Source: Thermoleophilia bacterium (GTDB lineage Bacteria > Actinomycetota > Thermoleophilia > Gaiellales > SKUG01). From it: a stretch of DNA of 36,270 nt. The stretch covers positions 1 through 36,270 of the forward strand of contig JAOPYW010000247.1 of NCBI GenBank assembly GCA_025964405.1, written 5' to 3'. The notes under the pieces are model-generated. The model did no database searches. It was not told the DNA's origin and saw nothing but the letters and a program-made list of their open reading frames with translations. The translations under genes and the position numbers were made by a program. Positions 1-9,705 of this stretch are shown in pieces. Every line of letters starts with the position of its first letter. Position 1 is the stretch's first letter.

Positions 1-1
1 C

Positions 2-499
2 GCGCCCGTACCCGACGAGCCTGCCCCCGCGCCGGCCCCGGCTCCCGCACCGGCACCTGCCCCCGGCCAGCACGCCCCCGCCGGGCTCGTGCAGGACCTG
101 ACCGAGGCCGTGCGCCTCGCCCAGAAGTCGGCCGACATCATCACGAAGCTGCCGCAGGACGACACCGGCACGGATGCCACGAAGGAGCAGCGCATCCAGG
201 CCTACAAGACGAACCTGGCGTCGCAGTCGCGCCTCGAGCGCCAGTTCAACAACGGCCTCGAGTCGGCGATCGTGTCGACGATGCGCACCGCCGATGCCTC
301 ACTCGAGGACGCCAACTGGCAGCTCGCCAAGAAGCCGAGCCCCGACGGGCGCTTCAACGGCGTCGACATCCCGGGTGCGCTGAGCGACACCAACAAGGCC
401 GTCGACATCCTCAAGCAGCTGCTCGACGACCAGCTCAAGGGCGGTCAGGGCGACGGTGCAGCTGCAGGTGCAGCCGGCATCCAGCAGCTCGCCGCCTAG
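2..499 (+). CDS. hypothetical protein, 5' end outside the window (Pro/Ala-rich linker followed by a ~135-aa charged helical region)
   Basis: The frame of ORF 89..499 stays open back to base 2. It reads APVPDEPAPAPAPAPAPAPAPGQHAPAG with G/C-biased third positions. TAG stop at 497-499. No family recognised by eye. Confidence 0.45.
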   Translation, partial: APVPDEPAPAPAPAPAPAPAPGQHAPAGLVQDLTEAVRLAQKSADIITKLPQDDTGTDATKEQRIQAYKTNLASQSRLERQFNNGLESAIVSTMRTADASLEDANWQLAKKPSPDGRFNGVDIPGALSDTNKAVDILKQLLDDQLKGGQGDGAAAGAAGIQQLAA

Positions 500-622
500 C
501 TCGACGACGCTCCTGCAACGTTCGAACGACCAACTCCGATGACCGGGTAGGGACCTGGGTCATCTCATCACCTGCGCCGGGACGCGCACGAGGTGACCCG
601 TCACATTCGGGACGGAGTTGGA

Positions 623-1402
623 ATGACGAATTCAGTTGGAGCAGCGGGCGCACGCCCGACCCTGCCCACGCCCACCGCGCTCGTCGCGCAGCCCACGGCT
701 GCAGCTGCCACCGGCACGCGACCGCGCTACGGCCTCATCGCAGCCGGCGGCGTGCTCGGCGCCGGCGGCATCGCGCTCGGCGCTGCCGCGCTCGTGAACG
801 CCGGACGCGGAGGCGGCGCCATCAGCCGCCTGCACGCAGGGCCCCTGCTCATCGCAGGAGCCGTGGCCCTGGCCGGCGCCGCCCTCATCGGCACGGCGAT
901 CGCGCTCGGACCGGTGGCACGCCACGTGCCGAGTACGTATCCGTCGGATGGCGGGTACTACGATCCGGGCCCCTACTACCCGTCCGATCCCTACGGTGAC
1001 GGTGGCTACTACGACCCCGACCCGTACTACCCGACCGACCCGTGGGGCGGCGGTTACACGAGCCCCGGCGACGACTACGGCTACGACGGCGGCTACTCGG
1101 GTGGCTACACCGGCGGCTCGACGAGCCCGGGCGACGACTACGGCTACGACGGCGGCTACTCCGGCGGCTCGAGCTCGGGCGACGACTACGGGTCCGACTA
1201 CAGCGGCGGCTACTCCGGCGGCTCGAGCTCGGGCAGTTCCAGCTCCGGCGACGACTACGGCTCGAGCTACGACTCCGGGTCCAGCTACGACTCCGGGTCC
1301 AGCTACGACAGCGGTTCCAGTTACGACAGCGGTTCCAGTTACGACTCCGGGTCCAGCTACGACTCCTCGGACAACGGCAACCCGTCCGACAGCGACTTCT
1401 AG
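623..1402 (+). CDS. membrane protein with two predicted TM helices and a ~155-aa Tyr/Gly/Asp/Ser low-complexity tail
   Basis: ORF 593..1402. The ATG at 623 is preceded by GGAG with a 5-nt spacer; GTG 593 is the longest alternative start. Hydrophobic segments YGLIAAGGVLGAGGIALGAAALV and PLLIAGAVALAGAALIGTAIALG. These are followed by repeats GGYYDPxPYYPxDP, SPGDDYGYDGGYSGG and (SSYDSG)x6. Confidence 0.6.
   Translation: MTNSVGAAGARPTLPTPTALVAQPTAAAATGTRPRYGLIAAGGVLGAGGIALGAAALVNAGRGGGAISRLHAGPLLIAGAVALAGAALIGTAIALGPVARHVPSTYPSDGGYYDPGPYYPSDPYGDGGYYDPDPYYPTDPWGGGYTSPGDDYGYDGGYSGGYTGGSTSPGDDYGYDGGYSGGSSSGDDYGSDYSGGYSGGSSSGSSSSGDDYGSSYDSGSSYDSGSSYDSGSSYDSGSSYDSGSSYDSSDNGNPSDSDF
1262..1366 (+). repeat. 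in-frame 18-bp tandem repeat, about 5.8 copies, encoding SSYDSG
   Basis: Direct reading shows tccagctacgactccggg-type units repeated head to tail, with a few synonymous variants (gacagcggttccagttac). It lies inside CDS 623..1402. Confidence 0.9.
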
Positions 1403-1417
1403 GTCGCAGCAGACACC

Positions 1418-1462
1418 GAGGGCCCCGGCGCCGCCACACACGTGGCAGGCACCGGGGCCCTC
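1418..1462. terminator. GC-rich hairpin between convergent genes (candidate bidirectional terminator)
   Basis: Perfect 11-bp inverted repeat GAGGGCCCCGG (1418-1428) / CCGGGGCCCTC (1452-1462), with an inner GCCAC..GTGGC stem. It sits between stop 1402 (+) and stop 1497 (-). There is no clear U-tract. Confidence 0.45.
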
Positions 1463-1496
1463 GTCAATTCGTACGGTCGGGCCGAGGCCCTCCGCG

Positions 1497-1847
1497 TCAC
1501 GCGCCGATGATCTCCGAGAACGAGACGCCGGTCACGACGTCGTCGAGGGAGATCTCGCGGTTGTAGAGCTGCGACAGGAACTGCTGCGTGTCCTCCACGC
1601 GGCGGAACTCCGGGTTGTCGTGCTCGATGTCGCGCGGCGACAGCTCACCCAGCTTGCAGACGTGCACCTTGTCGATGACGGCGTGGAAGAGCAGCTCACG
1701 CGGTCCGAAGCGGTGGCCGATGAGCACCATCACGACCTCGCCCTTCGTGTACTTGTCCGACTTGTCGCCGAGGCGGATCGTCGCGGTCTTGCGACGATGG
1801 CGCAGCTGGTCGGCGAAGACGGGTGAGTAGAAGTTGAGTGCGAGCAC
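1497..1847 (-). CDS. ASCH domain-containing protein
   Basis: This is the C-terminal 116 codons of ORF 1497..2627. The GTG at 1847 is preceded by GGAG with a 9-nt spacer. Sequence VLALNFYSPVFADQLRHRRKTATIRLGDKSDKYTKGEVVMV matches the ASCH beta-barrel signature (KTATxR). ORF sequence upstream of 1847 is Arg-rich off-frame-type sequence overlapping the EamA gene. Confidence 0.7.
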   Translation of the reverse strand: MLALNFYSPVFADQLRHRRKTATIRLGDKSDKYTKGEVVMVLIGHRFGPRELLFHAVIDKVHVCKLGELSPRDIEHDNPEFRRVEDTQQFLSQLYNREISLDDVVTGVSFSEIIGA

Positions 1848-1921
1848 CGGTGGCAGCTCCTGTTGCAGGTTGGACTCACGCGAATCTACCAGACCCGGCG
1901 CGCGATCCCCTCGCGTGCGCG

Positions 1922-2839
1922 TCACTGGATGGATGGACCACCGAAGACGGTCGGAGCATCCGGTCGGGAGCGCGCTGCGAACACCGCTCCCCCGCTGGCA
2001 CCGCACACCAGCAGGATCGCGCACCACTGCGCGACGCCGAGGCGCTGGCCGAGCACGACCGAACCGGCCGCGGCGGCGAGCGCGGGCCCGAGGCTGGCGA
2101 GCACGCCGAACACGGCCGGTGGAAGCCGTCGAAGCGCGCGGTACTCGCATGCGTAGGGGAGCGCACAGGTGAAGACGGCGATGAGCACGAACGCTCCCAG
2201 GAGCTGCGGGTGCTCCCGCACCGCCGCGAGGGCGTCGCCTGCGCCGACGGGAACCACGCACATCGCGGCTGCTGCGATGGCCACCGCGATGCCGTCGAGG
2301 GAGGAGACCACACGCGCGAGGTGGCGCGTGAGCAGGATGTAGAGCGCCCAGCAGGCGGCTGCGGCCAATGCGAACGCGACACCGATCGGCGGGAGGTCGC
2401 CGATCGAACGGAGCCCGAGGAGCGCGACACCGGCACAGGCCGCGAGCACGCAGGCGACTTCGAGCGCTCGGCGCGCGCTGGCGAGTGCGACCACGAGCGG
2501 GCCGAGGAACTCGATCGTCACGGCCACCCCGAAGTCGAGGTGCGCGATCGCGACGTAGATGCACGAGTTCATGCCGCCGAGCGCCGCGCCGAGCAGGAGC
2601 GCCCCCCGCCAGTGCGCCCACCTCCACCGCTGCACGCGCGGCCGCACCACCAGCAGCAGGAGGAGCGCGCCGAGCGACAGGCGCAGCGCCGCCGCGCCCA
2701 TGGGTCCGGTCTCGTCGAACCAGGTGCGCGCGACCGCACTCCCGAACTGCAGCGAGGCGATCGCTCCGACGACCAGGAGCGCGTCACTCGGATGCGGCGC
2801 ACCTGCACCGGGCGACCGAGCTACGGCGCGCCGCGTCAT
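1922..2839 (-). CDS. EamA/DMT-superfamily transporter (RhtA-like)
   Basis: 305-aa protein, about 10 hydrophobic helices, two-EamA-repeat organisation. N-terminus LLVVGAIASLQFGSAVARTWF is typical of RhtA-type exporters. Confidence 0.85.
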   Translation of the reverse strand: MTRRAVARSPGAGAPHPSDALLVVGAIASLQFGSAVARTWFDETGPMGAAALRLSLGALLLLLVVRPRVQRWRWAHWRGALLLGAALGGMNSCIYVAIAHLDFGVAVTIEFLGPLVVALASARRALEVACVLAACAGVALLGLRSIGDLPPIGVAFALAAAACWALYILLTRHLARVVSSLDGIAVAIAAAAMCVVPVGAGDALAAVREHPQLLGAFVLIAVFTCALPYACEYRALRRLPPAVFGVLASLGPALAAAAGSVVLGQRLGVAQWCAILLVCGASGGAVFAARSRPDAPTVFGGPSIQ

Positions 2840-2842
2840 GCG

Positions 2843-3283
2843 TCAGCTCGCGGCAGGGGGCATGGCCCGGTTCGCGAGCAGCTCCGCCGCCTTGATGACG
2901 AGCTGCTGTTCGCCGGGATACGTGAGCACGTCGGCGACCCGCTCGACGTCGACCCACTTCACCTCCTCGACCTCACCACGCTGCGGCATGGGCGAGCCCG
3001 ACTGCCAGTGGAGGAGGAAGAAGGTCACCGTCTTGTGGATGCGCTGGCCGTCGGCGCGGAACCAGTAGTCGACCTCGCCGAGGAGCTCGTCGAGTTGGGT
3101 GCGCAGGCCCGTCTCCTCGCGCACCTCGCGGAGGGCGGCCTGCTCGGGCGTCTCGCGCCCGTCGAGGTGCCCCTTGGGGAGCGCCCAGACGTCGCTGCGC
3201 TGCCACGGGCGGATGGCGACGAATTGCCACGCACCGTTGAAACGGCGTACGACGACTCCCCCGGCTGATCGCTCCTTGCGCAT
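2843..3283 (-). CDS. NUDIX hydrolase
   Basis: Nudix box GHLDGRETPEQAALREVREETGL. Start chosen at ATG 3283 (MRKERSAGGVV); GTG 3322 is the longest alternative. The stop lies 3 nt from the EamA start, suggesting an operon. Confidence 0.85.
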   Translation of the reverse strand: MRKERSAGGVVVRRFNGAWQFVAIRPWQRSDVWALPKGHLDGRETPEQAALREVREETGLRTQLDELLGEVDYWFRADGQRIHKTVTFFLLHWQSGSPMPQRGEVEEVKWVDVERVADVLTYPGEQQLVIKAAELLANRAMPPAAS

Positions 3284-3410
3284 CACCGTCGAGTATCCAC
3301 CACGAGCCGCGAGGCAAAACACCGGGGAACGAGGTCATCCGTCGAGCGAAGGAATGCGCTGCCGGCAGGCACGTGTCGCAACGACGTGGCAGAGGGTGTA
3401 GCATTCCGAG

Positions 3411-3437
3411 TTGGCACTCGCCCCTTGTGAGTGCCAA
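3411..3437 (+). promoter_or_regulatory. CIRCE operator (HrcA binding site) upstream of groES
   Basis: TTGGCACTC-N9-GAGTGCCAA, a perfect 9-N9-9 inverted repeat. It matches the CIRCE consensus TTAGCACTC-N9-GAGTGCTAA at 16 of 18 arm positions. It lies 46 nt upstream of the groES ATG. A -10-like TAGCAT sits at 3399-3404. Confidence 0.9.
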
Positions 3438-3482
3438 TACGAAATCATTACGTACTGCCAACTACGACAGAAGGACATCAGG

Positions 3483-3785
3483 ATGAGCCTGAAGCCGCTG
3501 GGCGATCGCGTGATCGTCGAAGTCATCGAGGAGGACGTCGTCACTGCAAGTGGCATCGTGCTGCCCGACTCCGCCAAGGAAAAGCCGCAGCGCGGCAAGG
3601 TCATCGCCGTCGGCGAAGGCGTCTGGGAAGACGGCGCACGTCGCCCCGTCGAGGTCCAGGTCGGCGAAGAGGTGCTGTACAGCAAGTACGGCGGCACCGA
3701 GGTCAAGGTCGACGGCGAAGAGCTGCTGATCCTGCGCGAGAGCGACATCCTCGCGGTCTGGGCGAAGGTTCCGGCCAACGCCTGA
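3483..3785 (+). CDS. groES: co-chaperonin GroES
   Basis: [46 protein letters not shown] is a canonical Cpn10 sequence. It sits directly upstream of groEL. Confidence 0.97.
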   Translation: MSLKPLGDRVIVEVIEEDVVTASGIVLPDSAKEKPQRGKVIAVGEGVWEDGARRPVEVQVGEEVLYSKYGGTEVKVDGEELLILRESDILAVWAKVPANA

Positions 3786-3790
3786 GCTGA

Positions 3791-5503
<1,713 letters not shown>

Positions 5504-5547
5504 TCAAGTGAGGCGCATGGGTCGGGCGTAGCCCGACACCTGACGGA

Positions 5548-5589
5548 ATGGGGATCGAACCGAGCTTGCTCGGGGCGGTCCCCATTTTC
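5548..5589 (+). terminator. intrinsic terminator after groEL
   Basis: Outer stem ATGGGGA (5548-5554) / TCCCCAT (5579-5585) with an inner stem CCGAGC-TTG-CTCGG, followed by TTTCG. A smaller hairpin GTCGGGC-GTA-GCCCGAC sits at 5521-5537. Confidence 0.7.
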
Positions 5590-5744
5590 GTTGGGTGGTA
5601 CGACGCGCAGCGGCGGACCCATGCAGCCGAACGGCTCTGCAGCAGTGGCGCGAGCGCAGCGAGCGACACCTGATGTCAATGACTGTTCCTGGTGGACCAT
5701 TCCTGCCGGACCAGCCTGATGGACCGTCTCTCGCGGGCGCGGAG

Positions 5745-6179
5745 CTAGCTCACCATGCCGTTGAGCACTTCGGTGATCATCTGCTTCTGCGAATCGAAGA
5801 GCGACGACTGCAGCTCCTTGAGCGTGTTGATCGTCGTCTCGTTCACGCCCGGCGATGCCATCGCCCGCGTGATGCTCACGAGCACGTCCTGCGTGGTCGG
5901 CTCATCTGGCAGGTCGAGCACGGGTGCGTTGTAGGCCTCCGCCTTCGGCTGCGTCGCGGCAGGCTGCGCCGCCGCGGCTGCGGTTCCCGTCGTCGCGGCG
6001 GCGCCCTGCGCAGCAGTCGCGGCTCCGGCCGTTCCGGTGGGGGCGACCTGGACCGCGGCGCCCAGCAGTGGGTTGGTCGCGATCGACGACGCCACGGGGG
6101 TGGGCGCCACCGTCGACGACGTCGCGGCGGCAACCGCGGCGTCGACTCGCAGGTTCCCGACTGAATTGAGTGCGGTCAT
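5745..6179 (-). CDS. hypothetical Ala/Thr-rich protein (144 aa)
   Basis: The ATG at 6179 is preceded by GGAGGAAGC. The N-terminal two thirds are Ala/Thr/Gly-rich; the C-terminus is helical (INTLKELQSSLFDSQKQMITEVLNGMVS). No family recognised. Confidence 0.55.
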   Translation of the reverse strand: MTALNSVGNLRVDAAVAAATSSTVAPTPVASSIATNPLLGAAVQVAPTGTAGAATAAQGAAATTGTAAAAAQPAATQPKAEAYNAPVLDLPDEPTTQDVLVSITRAMASPGVNETTINTLKELQSSLFDSQKQMITEVLNGMVS

Positions 6180-6372
6180 GCTTCCTCCAGACGATCGGCG
6201 TCCCGTCCCCTCCCGGGACTGGTCGCACGTCGTTCGCCTGTTCGTCGGGCACAAGAGGCCGGCTGTTGCAGGCGTTGTGCCACGAAGCGGCCGATCGATG
6301 GCCGCGCCGTCGATGCTCGAGTACCGTGCTCGAACATCGCGTCAACCGCGTGGATCCTTCAGGAGTCGTGAC

Positions 6373-6690
6373 ATGCAGCTGGTAGCCCCGACAACGTTCC
6401 CCTCCCCGTCTCCGTCGCCGTCCCCGGCGTCGCCGCGGCCCGTTCCAGGCGACATCGGCCACGGTTCCGTGCTCTGGTACAACGCGGAGAAGGGCTTCGG
6501 CTTCCTGTCACCCGATGACGGTGCGTCGCCCGTGTTCGCGCACTACTCCCAGGTGGAGGCGCCGAAGGGTGCGCAGCTCCACGAGGGCGACACGGTCTCC
6601 TGGACCTACGCGCTCGGAGCGAAGGGATTCGCCGCGACCCACATCAGCATCGAATCCGCGGCCACCGGGGCCGCCCTGCTCGACGCCTGA
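6373..6690 (+). CDS. cold-shock domain protein with a Pro/Ser-rich N-terminal extension
   Basis: The ATG at 6373 is preceded by AGGAG with a 7-nt spacer. CSD core GSVLWYNAEKGFGFLSPDDGASPVFAHYSQV carries an RNP1-like KGFGFL and an RNP2-like VFAHY. It is preceded by MQLVAPTTFPSPSPSPSPASPRPVPGDIGH. Confidence 0.8.
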   Translation: MQLVAPTTFPSPSPSPSPASPRPVPGDIGHGSVLWYNAEKGFGFLSPDDGASPVFAHYSQVEAPKGAQLHEGDTVSWTYALGAKGFAATHISIESAATGAALLDA

Positions 6691-6696
6691 CCGCCG

Positions 6697-7377
6697 TCAG
6701 TCGACGGCGGTGTCCTCGCGCGCGCGCTCGATGTTGTGCGTGTCGAGCACCGGATCGGGCTCACCGCGGCCGAACACGCCCACCGTCTGGAACACGAGCT
6801 TCACGTCGTTCCAGAGGTTCCACGTGTCGATGTAGTGCGCGTCCTGGCGGATCCGCTCGGGCCATTCGATCTCGTCGCGGCCGTGCACCTGTGAGTAGCC
6901 CGTGACCCCGGGCAACACCTCGAGCCGGCGCCGGTCGGCCGCCGAGTAGTGCACGCTCTGCTCCGGGATGTCAGGGCGAGGGCCGACCAGGCTCATCTGC
7001 CCGACCAGTACGTTGAAGAGCTGCGGCAGTTCGTCGAGGCTCGTGCGCCGGAAGAAGCGACCACTCCGCGTGATGCGCGGGTCGTCCTTCACCACGCCGT
7101 GCGGATCGTCGGTGACACCGAGTTCCTGTCCGACGCGCACGGCGTCGTTGACCATCGAACGGAACTTGAGCATCGGGAACTCGCGGCCGCCCTTGCCGGT
7201 GCGGCGCTGCACGAACAGCACGGGCCGCCCGGCGTCGATGAGCACCCAGGCCGCGAGCGCGAGCAGTACGGGCGACAACACCACGAGGAGCACCGCGGCC
7301 ACGACCCGGTCGCCGAGCCACTTGAGCACGCGCTGCGCGGGATGGCGCTGCACGCCTGATCGGTCGCTCGTCGCCAT
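6697..7377 (-). CDS. small bacterial sugar transferase (monotopic phosphoglycosyl transferase, PglC/WbaP-C-like)
   Basis: One N-terminal hydrophobic helix, then RPVLFVQRRTGKGGREFPMLKFRSM...DELPQLFNVLVGQMSLVGPRP, the signature of the Bac_transf family. Confidence 0.9.
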   Translation of the reverse strand: MATSDRSGVQRHPAQRVLKWLGDRVVAAVLLVVLSPVLLALAAWVLIDAGRPVLFVQRRTGKGGREFPMLKFRSMVNDAVRVGQELGVTDDPHGVVKDDPRITRSGRFFRRTSLDELPQLFNVLVGQMSLVGPRPDIPEQSVHYSAADRRRLEVLPGVTGYSQVHGRDEIEWPERIRQDAHYIDTWNLWNDVKLVFQTVGVFGRGEPDPVLDTHNIERAREDTAVD

Positions 7378-7381
7378 CGCC

Positions 7382-8437
7382 TCAGCGCCCCCGCCAGGGC
7401 GGGAAGAACCCAGCCGTCGAATCGCTTCCCGCAAGCGCACGGTACCGCTCCGCGTCATGCACGAGCTTGGCGATGTGGAACGGGTGCGGCTCGCTCGTCG
7501 GGTCGTAGCGGTGCTTGAACACGAACAGCGGCGACTCCGTGCCCGCACCAACGCCCCCACCGAGGTGGAACACCTCGAGCCCGCGCGACTGCGCCCACTC
7601 GGCCGCCGACAGGAAGCACCGGTTCGACGCGCCGATGTTGCGCGCCTCGGGGCCGGAGGCGCCGAGGTGGTAGTGCAGCGCCTGTGCATCGGCGAAACAC
7701 AGCAGCGACGCCACGAGTTCGCCGCCGAGCCGACCGTTGACGAGCACCAGCCCGAGCCCGGGCTCGGAGACCAACGACTGCCAGTAGGCGTCGTCGAAGA
7801 AGTAGAACGGGTCTGCCTGCTGTCGCTGCATGGTCAGGTCGTAGAGGCTGCGGAACTCCGCGAGGTCGGCCGGATGGGTGAGCACCTCGACCTCGAGCTC
7901 CGCACGCTCGGCCTTGCGCACCACGCGGCGATGGTGGCTGTGCATGTCAGCCATCAGGTCGCGGCCGGCCGCGACGTTCCAGGCGACCGTGGCTCCGAGC
8001 TCGATCACGTCGGCCGTCGGCGGCGCGAAGCGCGCATTCCCGAGCAGGGGGTGGAAGCGCAGGAAGGAGCTGACGACACCATTGGCGACGGCCCACGCAT
8101 CGAACGCAGCGGCGAACGCCGTCAGGTCGGGGCGGCCCTGCGCCACCGGCCCGCCGTAGCCGTACGCGCTCGAGGCATCCCAACCCGTGCCGTCGGGGAG
8201 CGGTCGCAGCAGGAGCGGCAGCGCCAGCTCCCCACCCTGGTCGCGCACGTGCAGCAGCACCGGCGTCGTGCCCGGCGCCTCGAGCGCGACCGACGCGCGG
8301 TGGTAGGCGATCCGCAGGTACGTGTCGTCGCGGCCGAGCCGCGTGACCAGGTCGTCCCACGCGTCGTGTGCGACGACGTGCACGACGCCCACGTCGACGA
8401 GGGGTGCGGCGGGAACTGTCTGCTCGGCGGGCGTCAT
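7382..8437 (-). CDS. FemAB/CelD-like GNAT-fold protein (Acetyltransf_6-type)
   Basis: 351 aa. C-terminal half LHYHLGASGPEARNIGASNRCFLSAAEWAQSRGLEVFHLGGGVG...FVFKHRYDP resembles FemAB/BioF2-like acyl- or aminoacyl-transferases. The stop is 4 nt from the start of the sugar transferase. Start taken at ATG 8437. Confidence 0.7.
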   Translation of the reverse strand: MTPAEQTVPAAPLVDVGVVHVVAHDAWDDLVTRLGRDDTYLRIAYHRASVALEAPGTTPVLLHVRDQGGELALPLLLRPLPDGTGWDASSAYGYGGPVAQGRPDLTAFAAAFDAWAVANGVVSSFLRFHPLLGNARFAPPTADVIELGATVAWNVAAGRDLMADMHSHHRRVVRKAERAELEVEVLTHPADLAEFRSLYDLTMQRQQADPFYFFDDAYWQSLVSEPGLGLVLVNGRLGGELVASLLCFADAQALHYHLGASGPEARNIGASNRCFLSAAEWAQSRGLEVFHLGGGVGAGTESPLFVFKHRYDPTSEPHPFHIAKLVHDAERYRALAGSDSTAGFFPPWRGR

Positions 8438-8532
8438 CGCTGCAAGTCTACCGGCGCCGGTCGGTGGCCCGCCGGGGCCAAGCGCACGCGTGGGGTGCAC
8501 GCTGGCGCCCACGGAGCTGCGATGATGGGTGC

Positions 8533-9705
8533 ATGTTCGAAGGAAGTTCCATCGCCGTCGTGGTCCCCTGTTACAACGAGGAGACCCAGATCCGCACGGT
8601 CATCGAGACGATGCCGGCCTTCGTCGACCGCATCATCGTGGTCGACGACCGCTCGCCCGACTCGACCGCCGACGTCGTGCGTGACTGCATGCGTACGCAC
8701 CCCAATGTCGAGCTCCTCGTACACGAGGAGAACCGCGGCGTGGGCGCCGGCATCGCGACCGGCTACAAGCGCGCCCTCGAACTGGGCATGGACATCGCCG
8801 TCGTCATGGCCGGCGACGCGCAGATGCCGCCCGGCGAGCTGCCCGACATCATACGCCCCGTGAGCTCCGGCCAGGCCGACTACTCCAAGGCGAACCGCCT
8901 CGTCACGCAGGACGCATGGACCACCATCCCGCGCCAGCGCTTCCTCGGCAACGCCGTGCTCAGCCTCCTCACGAAGATCGCGTCGGGCTACTACCAGGTC
9001 GCCGACTCGCAGACCGGCTACACGGCGATCACCGCCGCGATGCTGCGGCGCCTCGACCTCGACGCGATGTACCCGCGCTACGGCTACCCCAACGACATGC
9101 TCGTGCGCCTCAACGTGCTGCGCGCGCGGGTCGTCGACGTGGCGAGCGTGCCGGTCTACGACGTCGGCGAGGTCTCCGGCATCAAGATCCACCGCGTGCT
9201 GTTCACGATGAGCTGGCTGCTCCTCAAGCGGTTCTTCTGGCGCCTCTGGAAGCTCTACGTCGTGCGCGACTTCCATCCGCTCATCATGTTCTACGCGCTC
9301 GGCATGGTCGCGCTCGTGCTCGGCACGCTGTCGAGCCTGGCGCTCGTCATCATCTCGATCGGGCCGCAGACGATCTCCGGGTCGACCGCCGTCGGTGCCT
9401 CGATCCTCCTGCAGAGCGGGCTGCTGCTCACGCTGTTCGGCATGCTCTTCGACTTCGAGCACAACCGCCCGCTCGTGAGCGAGAGCCGGCCCGTCGGCCT
9501 CGCCGCCGACGCGGTCACGCATGCGCCGATCGCGGCCAGCATCGAGTCGGCTCCCCTCGATCGTGACGGGGGCTCGCGCCCGAGCACCGCCACGACGTTC
9601 GGGCAGGAGCTCGGCACGGGCGGTTCGGGCAGTGTCGACGGCATCACCGGCGACGGCGGCATCGTCTCCGAGATGCGCGCGTTCGCCGCCGACCCGCGTG
9701 ACTGA
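8533..9705 (+). CDS. family 2 glycosyltransferase with C-terminal TM helices (GtrB/DPM1-like polyprenyl-phosphate glycosyltransferase type)
   Basis: IAVVVPCYNEE...VVDDRSPDST...MAGDAQMPP motifs (DxD-like) form a GT-A domain. Two hydrophobic helices follow (HPLIMFYALGMVALVLGTLSSLALVII and GASILLQSGLLLTLFGMLF), then a ~70-aa disordered tail. Confidence 0.88.
   Translation: MFEGSSIAVVVPCYNEETQIRTVIETMPAFVDRIIVVDDRSPDSTADVVRDCMRTHPNVELLVHEENRGVGAGIATGYKRALELGMDIAVVMAGDAQMPPGELPDIIRPVSSGQADYSKANRLVTQDAWTTIPRQRFLGNAVLSLLTKIASGYYQVADSQTGYTAITAAMLRRLDLDAMYPRYGYPNDMLVRLNVLRARVVDVASVPVYDVGEVSGIKIHRVLFTMSWLLLKRFFWRLWKLYVVRDFHPLIMFYALGMVALVLGTLSSLALVIISIGPQTISGSTAVGASILLQSGLLLTLFGMLFDFEHNRPLVSESRPVGLAADAVTHAPIAASIESAPLDRDGGSRPSTATTFGQELGTGGSGSVDGITGDGGIVSEMRAFAADPRD

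Noticed and set aside
89-160. Weak resemblance of QDLTEAVRLAQ in the left-edge protein to the DLTQAVSALSAAVQ helix of the hydrolase N-terminal module.
   Set aside because: Only a 5-6 residue match (DLT-E/Q-AV) in Ala/Leu-rich helical sequence, with no flanking collinearity (no TGGG or GPTTN). This is likely chance.
1262-1366. Regular 18-bp direct repeats that could be mistaken for a CRISPR-like or satellite array.
   Set aside because: The units are contiguous with no spacers. They are in frame, encode SSYDSG within a larger low-complexity coding region, and no cas genes are nearby.
5548-5589. GGGGATCGAACC looks like a tRNA T-arm fragment just after groEL.
   Set aside because: No cloverleaf can be folded on either strand around it. 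There is no complementary T-stem, acceptor or anticodon arm. The sequence forms the stem of a hairpin followed by T residues, consistent with the groEL terminator.
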